63,663 nucleotides of DNA, filler included, from Choristocarpus tenellus KU-1152 (GCA_964200185.2; 12 parts of 12 records of this genome joined end to end with filler, not necessarily neighbours in it); one strand, 5' to 3'; positions 37,065 through 51,512 are shown, counted from the first letter of the whole stretch. Notes: generated from the letters alone by a model not told the origin. Made by a program: numbers and translations.

Positions 37065-40000
37065 CCGACGGCAAACCTCTCGGCTTCGTGTTCATGTCCG
37101 TAGACGCCGCGAACCAGACAGCACACGCCCTCCCAGCACTTTACCCACCTACCCACGGCGGTGACAGGTAACCACACGCACGCATAGTTCATCCGACAAC
37201 AACTTTGCAGCCGCACACGGAACAGAATAGACGACCATGTTTTATTCTACGAATGAGTGCAAGGCCCTAAGAAATAATCGCCAAAACAAACGCACATAAT
37301 TCGACTACCTATTCCGTTCTTCATGATGACCTTTCTTTACAAGTTCCTTTCGTTCATGTCCCCCTTATCAGGGGCTACTCCAAGCGCCAGAAGATCATGG
37401 CCGCACACGTCGAAGGCCATTTCGTGGAGGTGTTCTTCACTCCTATCAATCTTGGAGGAGGTACGTATTGTGGGTCGTGGCGAACAATCACATGACTGAA
37501 TAGATGCTGGTTGCCCACGCACCGCTTGATTTACCGTCGTGGCGAGTGGACCTGCCGTAGGGTAAATCCGTAAGGATGAGTACATCCTTACACGATGTGC
37601 CTACATATACCGCAGGCCTAGTGAACAGTCGATTAACTGATGATGCGCTGTGCTCCCCTGCCCTCCTACGCCTCAGCTTAGGGTTATGGCGAGAGGAGCG
37701 TAAGAGCAAATCAACGGGTGGTGGAGATCACAGACATGTACATCAGCTGTATGGGTGTATGTCCTCTACATTGCATAAACAAATTACATTACCCCTCTTT
37801 TTAGCTCCCAATAAACAATTCGTAAGTAAGCAGAGTACTTTTTACCAACAGTTGTTGGACATCATTGTTCGCGCAGGTTGTAACTTTGTCTGCACAGCCA
37901 CCCACCTTGCCCTCACAAGACTTATCTACAAGTACCACAACAGCCTCGATCACGCGGGGAATTGCATCATCCAGCACGCTCATTGGCAGGTAAGAAATTT
38001 TCATCTTGACACGACCTACGCAACACATACTCGCTGAATACCAGTCACCAAGTACCTAACTGCACGATCTTTACCCTGTTCCTCCACGAAACGCGGCTAA
38101 ATGGGCTGACATATCGGCCTCACGTCTATCCCTCCCTCGCTCCCAACTCCCCAAACTGGCCAGGTGGACAACTGCGTCTCAGAGAACAAGAACAATTTCT
38201 TTCTCAGATACACGGGGCTGTTGGTTGCGGCGAGTGTCATTCGTGTGGTCGAGATACATTTTATGATGGTGGGGCACACGCACATCAAAATCGATCAGAT
38301 CTTCTCCAGGAAATTAGGCAAGATGTGCAAGTTCGATAGCCACATAGTGTTTTGATACGTTCAGATACTGCCTTGAGGCTTGCACTCACGCTTGTTGCAT
38401 TCCTGGAAGGTTTATGGTCGTAAGCTGTAATTGATTGATTGGCTTTTGATTTCCCCACAACAAAATTGTACGATAAGAGCAGCTGCCAAAACTGTTTCGT
38501 AACATACTCTCGAAACAAAACAATGGAAAAAAATGTACGCATCACCCAATTTTATATTCATTTTTTCATATAAATGCATCAGAGCATGTGCCTGCATATA
38601 TATCTTGCTTCTCCACTTCGCTTCTTTCGCCCCCGCCTCAAAATTAACTTGGTCGCATTTCACCTTCAGGTTCTCACGTGGTCTAAAAGGGAAGAACATG
38701 TTCACAAGAACACAGCTGGGTGAAGAGCTGCAGGCCCCTTACACGGAGGTTCCAGCATACTACAAGACCCTGCGGAACGAGGGAAACTTCATGGGACTCC
38801 TTCGCGGTCGCGTCAACCGTGTCCCCAATATCACGACCTACAGGGTTTTTCACGTTGAAAAAGGCGGTGATGGGCGGGTGAAGGTTAGCGTAAAGCGATA
38901 CATGCACGGTACTGAATGGAGTGGGATAGGTGGAGACCTTGCTATGGACCCCAACGCTCCTCCGCACGACCTCTTCATCGGCCACCCGCCTCGTATCCAA
39001 GATGCACCACCCTACCAGCTCAAGAGCGTTCTCAAAGACGTCATTCTGAAGGTGGAGCAGCGGTATCAGGCGTCGCACGAGCTCCTCGCTGCTGCATACT
39101 CACTGGGTAAGTCGATATTTTCGTGAGGGGAGTTGATAGATTATTTTGATATTCGGTGGCAGCCAAAAAAATTAGGTGAAACTTCTGTACGAGGCAACCT
39201 TTACAGCCCTTACAAAACAATCTTGAAAAATATTCCATTCTCATGTGTAGTGATCGTCGCATGTTACAATAAAAAAGTACCATAGATTACCCCCGATAAA
39301 TGTGTTGGGGGTACCGGTCTTGTACTCAACAGACACAATTCCGACGAAATATACACCCTCCCTCTCACCGCATGCTCCCCGAGCGCATTCATGAAACCTC
39401 ACACCTGGTTGCAAAGTAACATTCATACACCCATACCGTTGATGTTCTCGTGCTCATGGATTCCACCTTCGCAGACGATGAAGCCGTTCAGAGAGCAAAA
39501 CACGAGCAAAGCGAGTCTGTGCGGCTTCTCAAAAAGACAGGGGAACGAGATTTCGACCTCCCAGTCCATTGACTTCCCACTGATGACGATGGCGCTGAAA
39601 CTAGCACCAGCGACGTCAAAGACACCGACCAGGGCGAACGTTCGGGTGGAGGAGGTAATCTCGTCAGCAGTGACAATGATCTCGGCGGGCTCGAGGAAAC
39701 GCACTCTTCCTCATTGGACAGTGACAAGGAAGATCCTGGCTCCTGTCGACGAACTTGACCTTGTGCTACGTTGACATCGGGGAACCATGGAAACTTAGTC
39801 TCAGTGCAGGTAGGCAGGTTTGCCTTTTTGTGGCAACGGAGACGCCGCTCTTGGTGGGTAAGATCCTAGCGGAGCGCGTCGGCGAGGACGGGGAGCGTGG
39901 GGTGGATCTTCACTGGCTTCGGCCAACCAGTGTGACCACACACGTGACAACACCACATTCATGACCCTTGAGAAGTACGGCAAAAGTAGTTTGTAGAAGG

Positions 40001-40846
40001 CTACATTCACGCTGGTGATAGATCCGGGTGAACTGGGAAACAGAAGCGAGTTAAAGACGTAAGCTGGGAACCCGTGGCAGGTATTGTTTCGACTTGCGAT
40101 AAACTTGTTGGGAACGGCAAAGAGCGAAAGTATCTTAGAGGGTACGAGTTTTGCCCTGTTTGTCCATTTGGGGCTTGGCTTCCCATGGGTTCTTTTATGG
40201 TACTTTCCTACCCCAAAATGTTTAGGAGTAGGTAAAAAGTATACGTTATGAAAATGTGTGTCCGGAACATGGATACGGACACTTTCTAACCAAAATAATA
40301 GCCGAAATTATATAAAAACCGAAACATTGGATTTTGGCCCCCCATGGACGCGGCCCTACCCTCTAATATACTTTGGCTCAAAGAGATTCCTACCAAGGTC
40401 TTGACAGTTCTACGGTCTGCTATAGAGGCGAGGGAAAGGGGGGTTTTGTGAGAGAAGGACGGAAGACTACATTCAAGGGACGAGGAGAGGAGAGGAGGGG
40501 GGAGAATGGGGACGAAAGGGAGGACAACACCGGCGACGACAAGGAGGAGGACGAGGAGGAAGATGAAGAGGAGGAGGAGGACGAGGAGCAGCAGAAGGAG
40601 GACAAGGACGAGGAGGACGATGAAGATAAGGAGAACATCGGTATGGGGGAGGGGAGGGGGGCGTCTGCCGGTGCAGGCGCATGTACTGGGGTCCCCTTGC
40701 ATACGTCCATTCAAGGATCTATCCTTGAAGCAGATACAGGACGGAGCAGTACGGCGGCACGGAAGAGACCTTGGCTCCAGACAAACACGCGGGTTAGGTT
40801 TACCACCACACATTTTCGGCCCAATTCTGGCGCTAGGGAAATGTAG
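37065..40846 (+). mobile_element. Degenerate, intron-containing Sola-like DDD/E transposase gene
   Basis: Exon-like blocks: FMSVDAANQ (37065-37167), NFVCTATHLAL (37877-37989), QVDNCVSENKNNFF...FMMVGHTHIKIDQIFSR (38161-38310), FSRGLKGKNMFT... (38670-39106), then acidic C-terminal blocks with stops and a MITE. DNC..NKN..GHT..D is typical of Sola1/Sola2-group transposases. Confidence 0.72.
40122..40379 (+). mobile_element. MITE family A, full copy inserted in the Sola-like element
   Basis: TIRs present, AAA/AAA flanks; removing it restores a reading frame (…CDKLVGNGK|EIPTKVLTVLRSAIEAR). Confidence 0.92.
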
Positions 40847-43695
40847 AGACGTCGGATTAGGAAGCATGTGGCAGATATTCGTGATAGTAAAGTATATCTC
40901 GTAAGCCTCTTGAAGAATGGGAGGTGTGTATTGAGAGCCGAATATGCATATTTGTTGTGGCGGATATTAATAACTGCCGCGGGCGATGGCGGCGACAACA
41001 TGTGTTTAGTTTCATTCATGACGATGTTTTTAGCGCGTTCCAAGCAGCATGTTGTTGTTAGGTACAAAGTGCAAGGGGGTTTTGGTTGCATGGCAGTCTA
41101 AATCCTTTGTTTCCATTCATGATTTTGAGCTCCTTCAATACGGGCTGGTTGTCCTTCATAACATATATTATGTACAAACGATTTATAGATGCAAAAGTAT
41201 GCTTTCAATTGCCAACATATCTGATGTTAGTAGCATTTAGAAGTGTTTTCTGGTCGTACTTATGAACAGTGTTGTTGTGATGTTGTAACAGCGGAGTCGA
41301 CAAAGACACCGTACATCAATATAATTTCTTTCATTTTTGTGTGATATTTCAGACACGCCCAGCGACTTGTTCTACTCAAAAAGGCGACTGCATTAGCATG
41401 GTAGGGGGGAACGAAAGGTGGAGGAGCTTCAATCACCCGACTATGCTATGGTGGAGGATATGCGTACATACGTTAAAGACAAGTCAGCACGCAAAGCGTA
41501 CCAGCGAACGAGAAACTCTCACTGTTGTCTGTTGTGTCCTGTTCGTTGTATACATATTATTTTTTCATTACCAATATCATTGTCAAAGTGTAGGTTGACG
41601 CCGCCTCTGGTATGTACATTGGCTCCTACGTACATACGTACNNNNNNNNNNNNNNNNNNNNNNNNNNNNNNNNNNNNNNNNNNNNTTAATTAATTAANNN
41701 NNNNNNNNNNNNNNNNNNNNNNNNNNNNNNNNNNNNNNNNNCCCCCTAGATACTCTAGCAATGTTTCGGAAATAACATGTGATGTGATAGTAATGTGGAC
41801 TGTAAGATCCACAGTAAATGAGAGGTACCTTGCCGTCTTGGCAGGTTTGCACGTTAAGTCTTTCAAATATTTGCAAATGCACTCATACTTCTCTGGATGA
41901 AGTGCTAGGTCTGGCTTGAGAACAATTGTTGCTCTATTTGTTTGAATCTCTTCCGATACAGTTTACAAAATATCGTAACACACACGCATATATATATATA
42001 TTTTTTTTTTAAGTTGAATTTTTTTTGCACACACTTGTTGGCATCCTTAAAATGCAACTCTGGATACCTCTCGTTTTTCTGTGTCTGCAATATGTACAAC
42101 ATTGACCCGATAGGTGTGATTCGTCCCCTGCAATGTATGTTCCTTTTAGCCACACATCGGTGGGGTTGTTTTTATTGTCACTAGAGTGTTTTTTGGGGTG
42201 GTCGCTGTTAGTTCTAAGGGGAGGTGCGATTGGGGGATGCTAAATAGTCTCGTTATTGCCATGCTTGTCGGCCTTCATCCTGATGAGGTGCGCAGACTTA
42301 CTGTCCTCTGTTGCTGGGTGGGGTACATACACATTCCGTAGCTGGTGAGAATGTTGAAGATATTTGTTTTGTGAAAGGGAGTCGTGCCTGGTAGTAAGTA
42401 TACTGTTGAAGTGGTGATGGTTATTTGTAATGACAATGATAGGCCTTGCGGTGGTTGTCTTATTTCTCCCCTAGCTCATCTACAAAATGTGAGTGGGCAT
42501 AGTGCAGTAAGCTTTACAATAACACGGATCAATATTCATAGTGTAAAATGCGATGCGGTACTTCCCGATTGCGATTTGTTTGTCCACTGTAACATCCCTC
42601 CCCCCCCCCCCCCCCCCCCCCCTCCCCCCCCCCCCAACCAACCCTTGACTCCGTCAACAGTATCGCCATTGATATTTCTAGTGTTTTAGGGTTGGTATTT
42701 TCCACTTGTTTATCGACTGACTGACCTTAACACATTGGAAATTGTTAAAATGATATTATTATCGAGGTAACATTTACATTGTGTAAGGAGAGATGGGAAT
42801 GGACGTGAGTTCGCTGAGTTGGAATTAGGTTCCCTTAGTATTAAATTTAACAAATTAAAACAAGAGTTTTTTTTTTTTTTTTTTTTATTAAAAAAAAAAT
42901 CATTTTATACATACATAAATTATCAGAAGATAAATATTAAAATATGTTACCAAAATTTAAATCGATCAATACAATTTTCTCAAAATTCAACTCTCATGAG
43001 TTGGCGTAGACTCTTTTCCGCAGTTGCAAGTTCATATATTTTTTTCCACTCCAGCTCAAAATTCAGAACATTTTTTTTCATTTTTTTATTAGACAGTCGC
43101 CAGAGATATTTATGTTCCAAAGCGAAATTGTAGTTTTATGCTCTTGTGTTGTGCATCTTGTGTTGTACATGGTTGGTATGATACGTAGTAGGTCATCGAT
43201 CCTCATCCTGTTTGTTCCATGAGAATCGACTGTGCTTGATAACTATTACCTTGTCTATCCAAAAACGATCTTCTGTTATCATCTTCGGTTATCATAGCAA
43301 TAATAATATTGGGTACTAGGTTGTGTTTTTATTGTGTTATTATGAATAACTTGAAGAGAAGTTCACACTTTCTATAAATCTACTCTAAGGTGCTTCTAGT
43401 GGTGATTTCTGTAGCATCACCATCACCGTGCTGTTTATTTGCTGAAAATTTTGTGGAATTATAGGTTACCATTCTGGTGATTTTTTTTTTCCTTGGATTT
43501 GGGCACCCTAGTAGTGCACTACGATACACAGTATATTGTATGCTAACTGGGTGGCAAAAGAAATGCCACGTTGAAGTTAATGAATGAGATTCAAGCAATA
43601 GTCATTGAAGGATGGGTCTCAAAAACAAGAGTCATTGAAAGGCGAGACTTGTTTAGAGTTTGTTGATTTGAATATGTCATCCTACCACCACTGTT

Positions 43696-43721
43696 GGGGT
43701 TAGGGTTAGGGTTAGGGTTAG
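43696..43721. repeat. Interstitial telomere-like (TTAGGG)n; similar tracts at ~23775, ~51220 and ~52934
   Basis: gggttagggttagggttagggttag. Confidence 0.85.
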
Positions 43722-44960
43722 ACAAGTCAAAGGAAACATGAGTTGTTGATGTTGTTGTTCGGAATAAAAGGCGTTTTTGTTTCTTTCTCAGAAATGTCCA
43801 ATTTTGGAACAGAAAACGGTTTTTGCCATTTGGAAAGCGTAAAACTGGGAATATTCTTGCATGACATTACCCCAAAAAATATTAGAATGGTAACTGCGTG
43901 AGAGAAGAACCTAGCTCTGTGTGCAAGAACATATGGGTTCATATGAAGATTGGTAATATGAAGGTTATACCTCTACAAAAATATTTTTCCTTGACAAAGT
44001 CCTACTCTTCTTTCAGTTTCATAAGTTCTTTGTTAAGGATAGATCAGTCCCATGTAATGGAAGTGGTTGAAGTTATGAAATGTAGGCCCTTTTTTGAACC
44101 TTGTATAATGAATGCAACCAGTCAGATATAGCTGTATTGCAATACCAAACCAAATTCGCATTTTGAGATCCACCTTGCCCTCGAAGTACCCCTGGTGGTA
44201 CTGATGTATTGTGCACTGCTGATGGGTGGTCTTCATCTTGCCACCTCCTGCTGCCATTGGGGTCCTGAGAAGTCACTGCAAGAGAAGCAACAGTGACGGG
44301 AGGGTCTTCATTGAGGGAATGTAGTTTTGTGCACTTGCAACCATTGTGGCTGAAGATACAGACCTCTCTACTGGTCATGTTGCTGCTGGCATGCTGTAGC
44401 TTTGTCCGCCGAATTGGGAAAAGCGTTTTGATGACCAACGTAGCATTTGCACTCTGTTTTATTTGCATTTTATTTGCATTTTATTTATCTTAGCTCGAGG
44501 TGTGCACTTTATGTGTTCTGATGTCGGTTTTCTAGTCCGCATTATTATTTTCCATGTGGTGTTTTTTTCTTTTTTCACTTTCGAGAATGTTTTTATTATA
44601 TGATACCTTGTTCTTTGTTCTCCCCATCATAGATAGATATGCCCTACTTCCCAATCATGTACAAGTTTAGACTGACTTTCCGTTGGATACGGACTGTGTA
44701 AGGATATATGGTGAATCTATTTGGAGCACACTCTGCAATTCAAGTTTTTAAAACTCAAGATACAGATACTTCGGAGTGGATTTTTGGAAGAGTACGTACC
44801 TTGCTACATCCACTAAGTTGCTACAGGATGACGATAGCCTTGTCCCTGCTGATACACTAGTAACTCAAGATATTGAATATTTTTTTTGAGAATGTGTAAA
44901 AAGCTTTCTGTCTCCTCCTCTCCTTCCCTTTGCCCGTCCCCCACCACCATTGCTGCACAG

Positions 44961-46420
44961 TGAGCTTCACCCCCCTCAAGATCAAACGACCATCCCCAAT
45001 ATGCAATTGCCAGCAAGTGCGGTAGCATCCCCTGGCAATCTTGATCCCAGACCTGTTCCCTCTCAAGAAGAAGATTCAGGGAATGACTCTGAGTCAAAAC
45101 GTCTGAGTTTTCCAGTTCTGTTGACAATGGCAAACGCCTTGTTGGTGGCAAGTGGAGCTGTGATTCGAATGGTACAAGACAGCGGTAAACATGTGATGTG
45201 GGCAGGCTATGTGGGAGGCATCATTGGTTTTTGCTTTGCGCTGATGCTATTGAACCCAAGCTTCAAGGTGCATAACATTGAAGTTTCTCTTTGTACCTGT
45301 GTTCGATTTGGTTATCTATAGTGAGTGGGCTGTGGGAGTGCTTGGGAGTCATACAGAGATTCAGGGTTAGGGAAGGCCTGCAAGTACAAAAAGGAATACC
45401 TTGGGTAAAAGATAAAATACTGTATATTCACGTTAATTCAAGATGGTGTGTTCAATGTTCTCAATGGTTGGTCAATCCTTTGAATGTAAGAGCTTAGAGG
45501 CTGGTTCGTGGGGTAGGGTGTGGTTGTGTCTTCATCACACTGCAGGAGCGATCGGCGTATTTTGTGGAGCACACTAGCAGACTTTGCAGAGCCTCTTGTC
45601 AAGGGGGTTCTATAGGCCTACTGTTATTACAGGGTGTACCTTGAAACCTATCTCCCTCCTTTCCCCTTCCTCATTCCCCATTATGTCCATCTCCGTGATC
45701 AGTGCGTAGCGTTTGTGTTTACTTGAACTTTGTACCCGACCCTCAGGCACCAATCTCGTAGGCGGTCGACCAACCCTTTTTGGTATGTACACCATGATGT
45801 CATTCCTTTTTCTTTTTTTTCACAATGCACCAACTGCTATCCCGTAGGCATCCCGCAACGAGTGTTCTCTGGCTAGACCTTACTACTGAATGTAAGTTGC
45901 TTTTTTGTCAAGGGTTCGAACACATGGTAGGCAGTCAATCAATCAAAACAGACACAAATTTGCCCCCCTCCCCCTCTGCTCAATGCCTCCCTTACTCTCC
46001 CCTGCCCTGCATATCACTGGCCGTGTACAGCAGTCATCAACCCCAGAACCCACCTGGAGGCGTGTTGTAGATGGCGGTCGGCCTCCAAGTACGGAGATGG
46101 AAATGACTCACTTTGATAATCCAAAGGAAGAAGTTGCTTCCGGTGTCTCTGTTGATGCTGGTGATGGCAGCTTTGGTTCCACAGGAGATATTCCCCGTCA
46201 CCTGGCAGATGAGGAGAAGGCGTTGTTCAGGGTGCCCTTGGTGCCACTGATTCCCATCATAGCCCTTTGGCTGAATTGGTACCTCTTGATCCAGCTAGCT
46301 CCTCTAGAGATGCTGACCCTGTTAGTATTTATTCTTGCTGCAGTAGTGTTCTACATTGCCCATGGTCACTGTGGTGGCGTAAATGGAAGGGGGTGGAAAC
46401 CCTTAGCCGATAGTTCTTGA
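44961..46420 (+). CDS. 3' exons of a cationic amino-acid transporter (CAT/APC family); exons 44961-45267 and 46031-46420
   Basis: FRVPLVPLIPIIALWLNWYLLIQL...VVFYIAHG matches the AA_permease_C terminal motif; the preceding exon has two hydrophobic helices; stop at 46420. Confidence 0.8.
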
Positions 46421-46728
46421 GCAGAGAGTCGTGCCTAGAAAATGCAGCTATCACCTATTACACATTGTTTACTTTCTGTCTCATTTTTATCTGAACCACA
46501 AGAATCATTGAGCCCACGATATAGAATAGTCATGTGGGTTCATCTCCCTCCCCCTTTGCTATAGTACAGATGTTTTGTTGTAGTGACTGAGGTACTTCAG
46601 ATTCTAATTGCTAAGGTTTGGACCCTTTTGCACTCCAAGGCATCTTTCTTACAATGTGTAATAGACTCTGGTTTAATTGCTTTAGATGCACAATAGTGCA
46701 TGCAATTTTGTTTTTCCCTCTTTCTACA

Positions 46729-46817
46729 GGCTCAATAGTATCTTGGGGGGGGGGGGTGACGGCTGTATATTTGGGGCCAATTCTTTCTTTGTCGTTATTT
46801 TTTGTTAATTTGGTTGC
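46729..46817 (+). mobile_element. MITE family B, 5' part at contig end
   Basis: ggctcaatagtatcttgggggg...ggctgtatatttggggcc. Confidence 0.75.
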
Positions 46818-47382
46818 NNNNNNNNNNNNNNNNNNNNNNNNNNNNNNNNNNNNNNNNNNNNTTAATTAATTAANNNNNNNNNNNNNNNNNNNNNNNNNNN
46901 NNNNNNNNNNNNNNNNNCCTGGACTGTGAGAGCCCTCAAGTTCTACCACAGAATACCCCACCCCTCCCCTTCCCCCCCCCCCCTTCACTCCCCACCAAGC
47001 ACCGAGCAGTTCTCTTCTCCTTCCCTATCATATCTCTGTCACCACATCTACTTAGCGCTGGTCCAGATACACCTTTTTAGGTCCAAAATCAACAACCAAG
47101 CAAGAACCACACCGGTAACAGGATCGGGAGAGCAGTTCAAACAGAACCAGGTTCAAAATCGAAAAAAGAAGAAGCCAGAACCACACCGGAAACCGCACCG
47201 GAAACCGCAGTCCAAACCGGAAACCGCAGTCCAAAACATAGCCCTATCCAATATCGGAAAACCAGACCAGAACTGTATTGGCAGTAGCAGTGGGAACTGC
47301 TGTTCAAGTCCGGACTGCAGCACTGGGACCGAGTGCACCAGGGACCGCAGCAGAGGTCCCATACACAGCAAGAGATACACAC

Positions 47383-50300
47383 CTCAGGGTCCTTAGCAAA
47401 CAGAACCAGCGTTGCAGCCAGTGAAGAACTAACGACCCTCCCCGATGCCATGCACATCAATCCCCCCAGCAGCGCCCCCGCTAATGCTGCCATCACCGCC
47501 TCAGTACCCCCAAGACCCAGGCCCCTCGAGTACGCAAGGAGGTATCCAAAAACCCCACAAAGTGAGGCCACCTTGATATATTTTCGGGATGGGGCGTGTG
47601 TACAAAAAGACAGAATTCAAGGTACCACATTCGAGCCGCTTTTTTACCTTGGGTCTCCTATTAAAAACAAAAACAAAAACATTGCATTAAAAAAATAACA
47701 TTTTTTTTTTTTGCACATGTACCACCAACAAAATAGAAGAAAAAAATGTACCACCCCCAATAGCATTGCTGGCACTCATCCTGAAAGCCTCAAATCCCCG
47801 ACACTTTTAACCTAATCCGTTAACCCTTAGCTTAACTCTACCAACCCAAAGGCATTACTGTACCTACTATGGTATGGGGGACATTCCAGAAGTGGGTTAT
47901 GTATGGGGGGGGGAAGCGGAGAGGCCAATCAGAGACAATTGACTATCGTAATATACACCTATAAAATTATAAACAAAATTATACTAGTTTAAAAAAAAGA
48001 GAGTTCTAAGATAATTTTATTTTCCTACATGAATAATAAAAAATCTCAGCTCCTGCCGATGAAATACAAATACTAAAAAATAACCATATGTTTTTCAAAA
48101 GAAGAATAAGCTCATTAAAAAAAAAAACCCCAAAACATTTACGTAAAACACAAAGCATCAAATCTTCCCCATGTTTAGTCTCTTACAGTTCCCAGAGCAC
48201 ACAATCTTTTCCTGCCCTTTAAGGTCTTCTTGTCTAGAACAAAGTACTGATATTAAAATTAACAAATAAAATACCATAAACAAGAACCAAATAATAAAGA
48301 TCTAGCATCAATAACAAAATTATCATTTTTTTTTTCCCCTCACCGCTAAAGACCCCAAAAAGAGTATGCAATCAACTAACACATCTCCGGTCAACGCCGT
48401 CCAGCATCGCCTCCCCAGGACATCCAACACCTCCGCCCCAGATGCCTTATAGCCCCCTCCATAGATAGCTGTGTGGCACCTACCATATCAACAACAAAGG
48501 GTGTTACCATAAACAAACTGAACTCAACACTGGTATATTTGATTGGATGCTTGATGGAGTCGTCAACACTGAAGAGGAAGTTCTAGAGCCCGGGGAAGTA
48601 AATATTGTGTGGCGGAATCTTAGATTCGATTCAAACACTACGATTCAATTATAATTATAATTTGAAACCGAAAATCCAGGGATAGAACCATAAAAATAAA
48701 ATACACAATACGAGAATGTGCACATGCGTGAGGTGAACACAATTGAGTGGAAGATGACAAAAAAAAGTCGGTTACATTTTCTTTTCTTTTTTTGCTTCAG
48801 TCAAGTCCCCGAAATATGATCCATTGCAAGAATATGCAGTACAATATGGAGGAAGAACCACTACCCACTTTACTACTATTATTATTATATTATTATTAAT
48901 ATTTTTATTGTTTTCACTTCAGTCCGAGGATATCCCCCGACCCGTGGCAAGAGGACCTACACTCTGCATGCACTATTTCTGGTATAATTATCAACAATAC
49001 CTATCTACCTACCTACCTACCTACCTACTCAAATAGAAAATCACATTCTCAGAGAATATCCGCATCAAAAAAAGAAGAAGAGTACAATACGTACAAGGAA
49101 AAAAAATAAATCAAAATATTATTATTATTATTACAAAAAAACTTGTTTGAAGTACTGAAAACTCATGGCCTGCATGCAAACAATCAAAAGTCATTAAAAT
49201 CCTAACCCTGAAAACGCACCTACCTACCTACCTACCTACCTACTCAGGGGACATCGACTCTTTAGGGGGGTGCACAACTTCAAGAGAACCACTCGTGCGT
49301 CTAGAAACCACATGCGTCTAGCGAGAGCTTGTCCCTCCAAAATACGCTTCCTCTGTTCATCATCATCAGTTCAGTTCAAAAAAACGATTTTTCAGGGTGA
49401 AAAAAAAAGAAAAGAAAAAACTGTAGTGGGAAGACTTTCCAAACACGAGAGACCACACCACATATTTGCTGGGACATTTTAGGGTATAACCTCACAACGG
49501 GCATTCGCAAGACCCTCAAAAAACAAAGAAAGAAAAATAAATACACGACACCATCCTAGTGGTAAGTTAAGAGTGCACATAACCACCCCAGCAAACTGAT
49601 TTAAAAAAAACAACCTCGTGCTGAAGAGTGGGAAGCTTAAAGCACAGCGCTTCGCCTCTAACAACAATAGCTTGTCTCCAGCAACAATAGCATGTCTCCA
49701 ACAACAATAGCTCGTCTCTAACAACAATAGCTTGTCGCTGGGGCAATAAAAAAAAGGCCTTCCTCTGTTTAACAAAAACACAACGCAGTAGTGGCAGGTT
49801 CAACAGTTCTGATTGGTTGATACACGCAACAGCACACTCAGACCAAGAGTACCTCAGACCATACAAAACTGAACCTTGAAACCACCTCACCACACTCCAA
49901 GAATATCTACTCGTAGGGTGTACATACCGTTCACTCAAATGGAAGTGGTATATGTCAAACTGCACATACTGTGAGAGTGGCATACAACACCCCGTTATAC
50001 CACTTCACCAACACCCAATTCGTTACAACGGAGAGGAGAGGGGCGATTCCTGGATTGAGCATTGTCTGCAGCACGTGTACCCCAACATATGCAGTATTAA
50101 CACCTAGAATGTTTTTTGTTTTTTTTCAACACCTCACACGCAAATAATAATAATAGTAATAATAATAATAATTGCAAGAGCCTGAGGAGTTGCCCGTCGT
50201 AAAAATGAACACGGAATAGGAAACGATTCTTACTCTAAGAATAATTAAATGTGTATCATTATTTAAAGATAAATAAAAAAGAACACATAAAAGAACCTCT

Positions 50301-50441
50301 CTCAACGCAATGCAAACAGGGTGGTGTGTGAGGGGCCCTCACAGGGTGTATCTATTGAAGAAAGCCAGCGCTCCTTCCGCCACTGCTACTGCTCTCTCAG
50401 CGAGCCCTAGAAGAACCTTCAAGGGACACAGCCATGACCGC
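47383..50441 (-). CDS. Internal exons of a choline-transporter-like (CTL/SLC44/PNS1) protein; exons 50343-50441, 48344-48479, 47383-47571
   Basis: The spliced product AEGALAFFNRYTL|CHTAIYGGGYKASGAEVLDVLGRRCWTALTGDVLVDCILFLGSLA|VASLCG...ATLVLFAKDPE fits the CTL C-terminal pattern; phases are consistent. Confidence 0.85.
49655..49736. repeat. 20-bp minisatellite, four copies
   Basis: (a/g)caacaatagc(t/a)(t/c)gtctc(c/t)a. Confidence 0.9.
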
Positions 50442-51512
50442 CTAACCCCCACGGAAATACATGCGTGTATAAAAAAGAAAGGGGAACAGAGATGGGAGGC
50501 TGAGGTAGAAGGACACAGAACACGGAAAGAGTGATGCCAAAGATATTTAAATAGTGGATAATAGTCGATTGAGCCCTCCCCTCCCCTCCCCCCCCCAAAA
50601 GAAAAGAATAAGATCTTGTAATGGTAGCATGGAACGAGATCATCTCGCATGGGGGGGNNNNNNNNNNNNNNNNNNNNNNNNNNNNNNNNNNNNNNNNNNN
50701 NTTAATTAATTAANNNNNNNNNNNNNNNNNNNNNNNNNNNNNNNNNNNNNNNNNNNNCCATAGGCGGCTTTCACCGGTATCTAGTGCTCGGTGCCCAGAG
50801 CGGTTTTTCCCCTACCCACCTCCCCCCCCCCCCCCCCCAATGGACATTCAATCAGGCTGTTTTTTGTTAGATTTTCGCTCTGTGTTAGCTAGCTCCTGAT
50901 GTGTTAGCTCACGAAGGATTGAACAGGTAAGACCCCCTTTAAGCCGATATGATTGTGTGTGGCCCGTACTTGCTGACGAGCGGTCCTCCTGTACCGGAAG
51001 ACAAGCTAGGTCAGTCTACACTACCCTGGTGAATCCCTTGTTGGTGTCGCCCTTTTTGTTCAAGAGGGCTGTGTGCTCCTTTGACTCACGAAGGGCGGAG
51101 TGGGATGGTCTATTCTTCGGGGCGATTGCGTTGATCCTTACCCGAAAGGTTGTGTCCGTTCTTGTGCGCTGTTGTGGCGGAGGCGGACTAGGGGCCGGTC
51201 AATCTCTTGGGGGCAAGTGTTAGGGTTAGGGTTTAGGGTTTAGGGTTAGCTCGCCATCGCGTAGATGTTTTGTTTTGTTCTGTTCCTCTCGGTGAGAGAG
51301 CGCTTTGTTCGGTTCGCTCATGGGTCGAGCAGGTGGCGTGCGTTGTATGGGCGCTCTCGCGCAACGGAAGAGCCAACCAGGTTGATGGAAACCCTTTTGG
51401 GGTGCGTTGCTGTAGAATTGTGTGTTTGGAGAGTGCGAGCGAGCAGAGTGCGTCCAGGTTTGGGAATATTCTTTTTTTTTCTTTTTTCTTTTTTCTTTTT
51501 TCTCTCACACAG

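Noticed and set aside
40286-41091. Poly-Leu, poly-Ser and poly-Arg ORFs
   Set aside because: They are alternative frames of the acidic GAG/GAC-rich tail of the Sola-like element.
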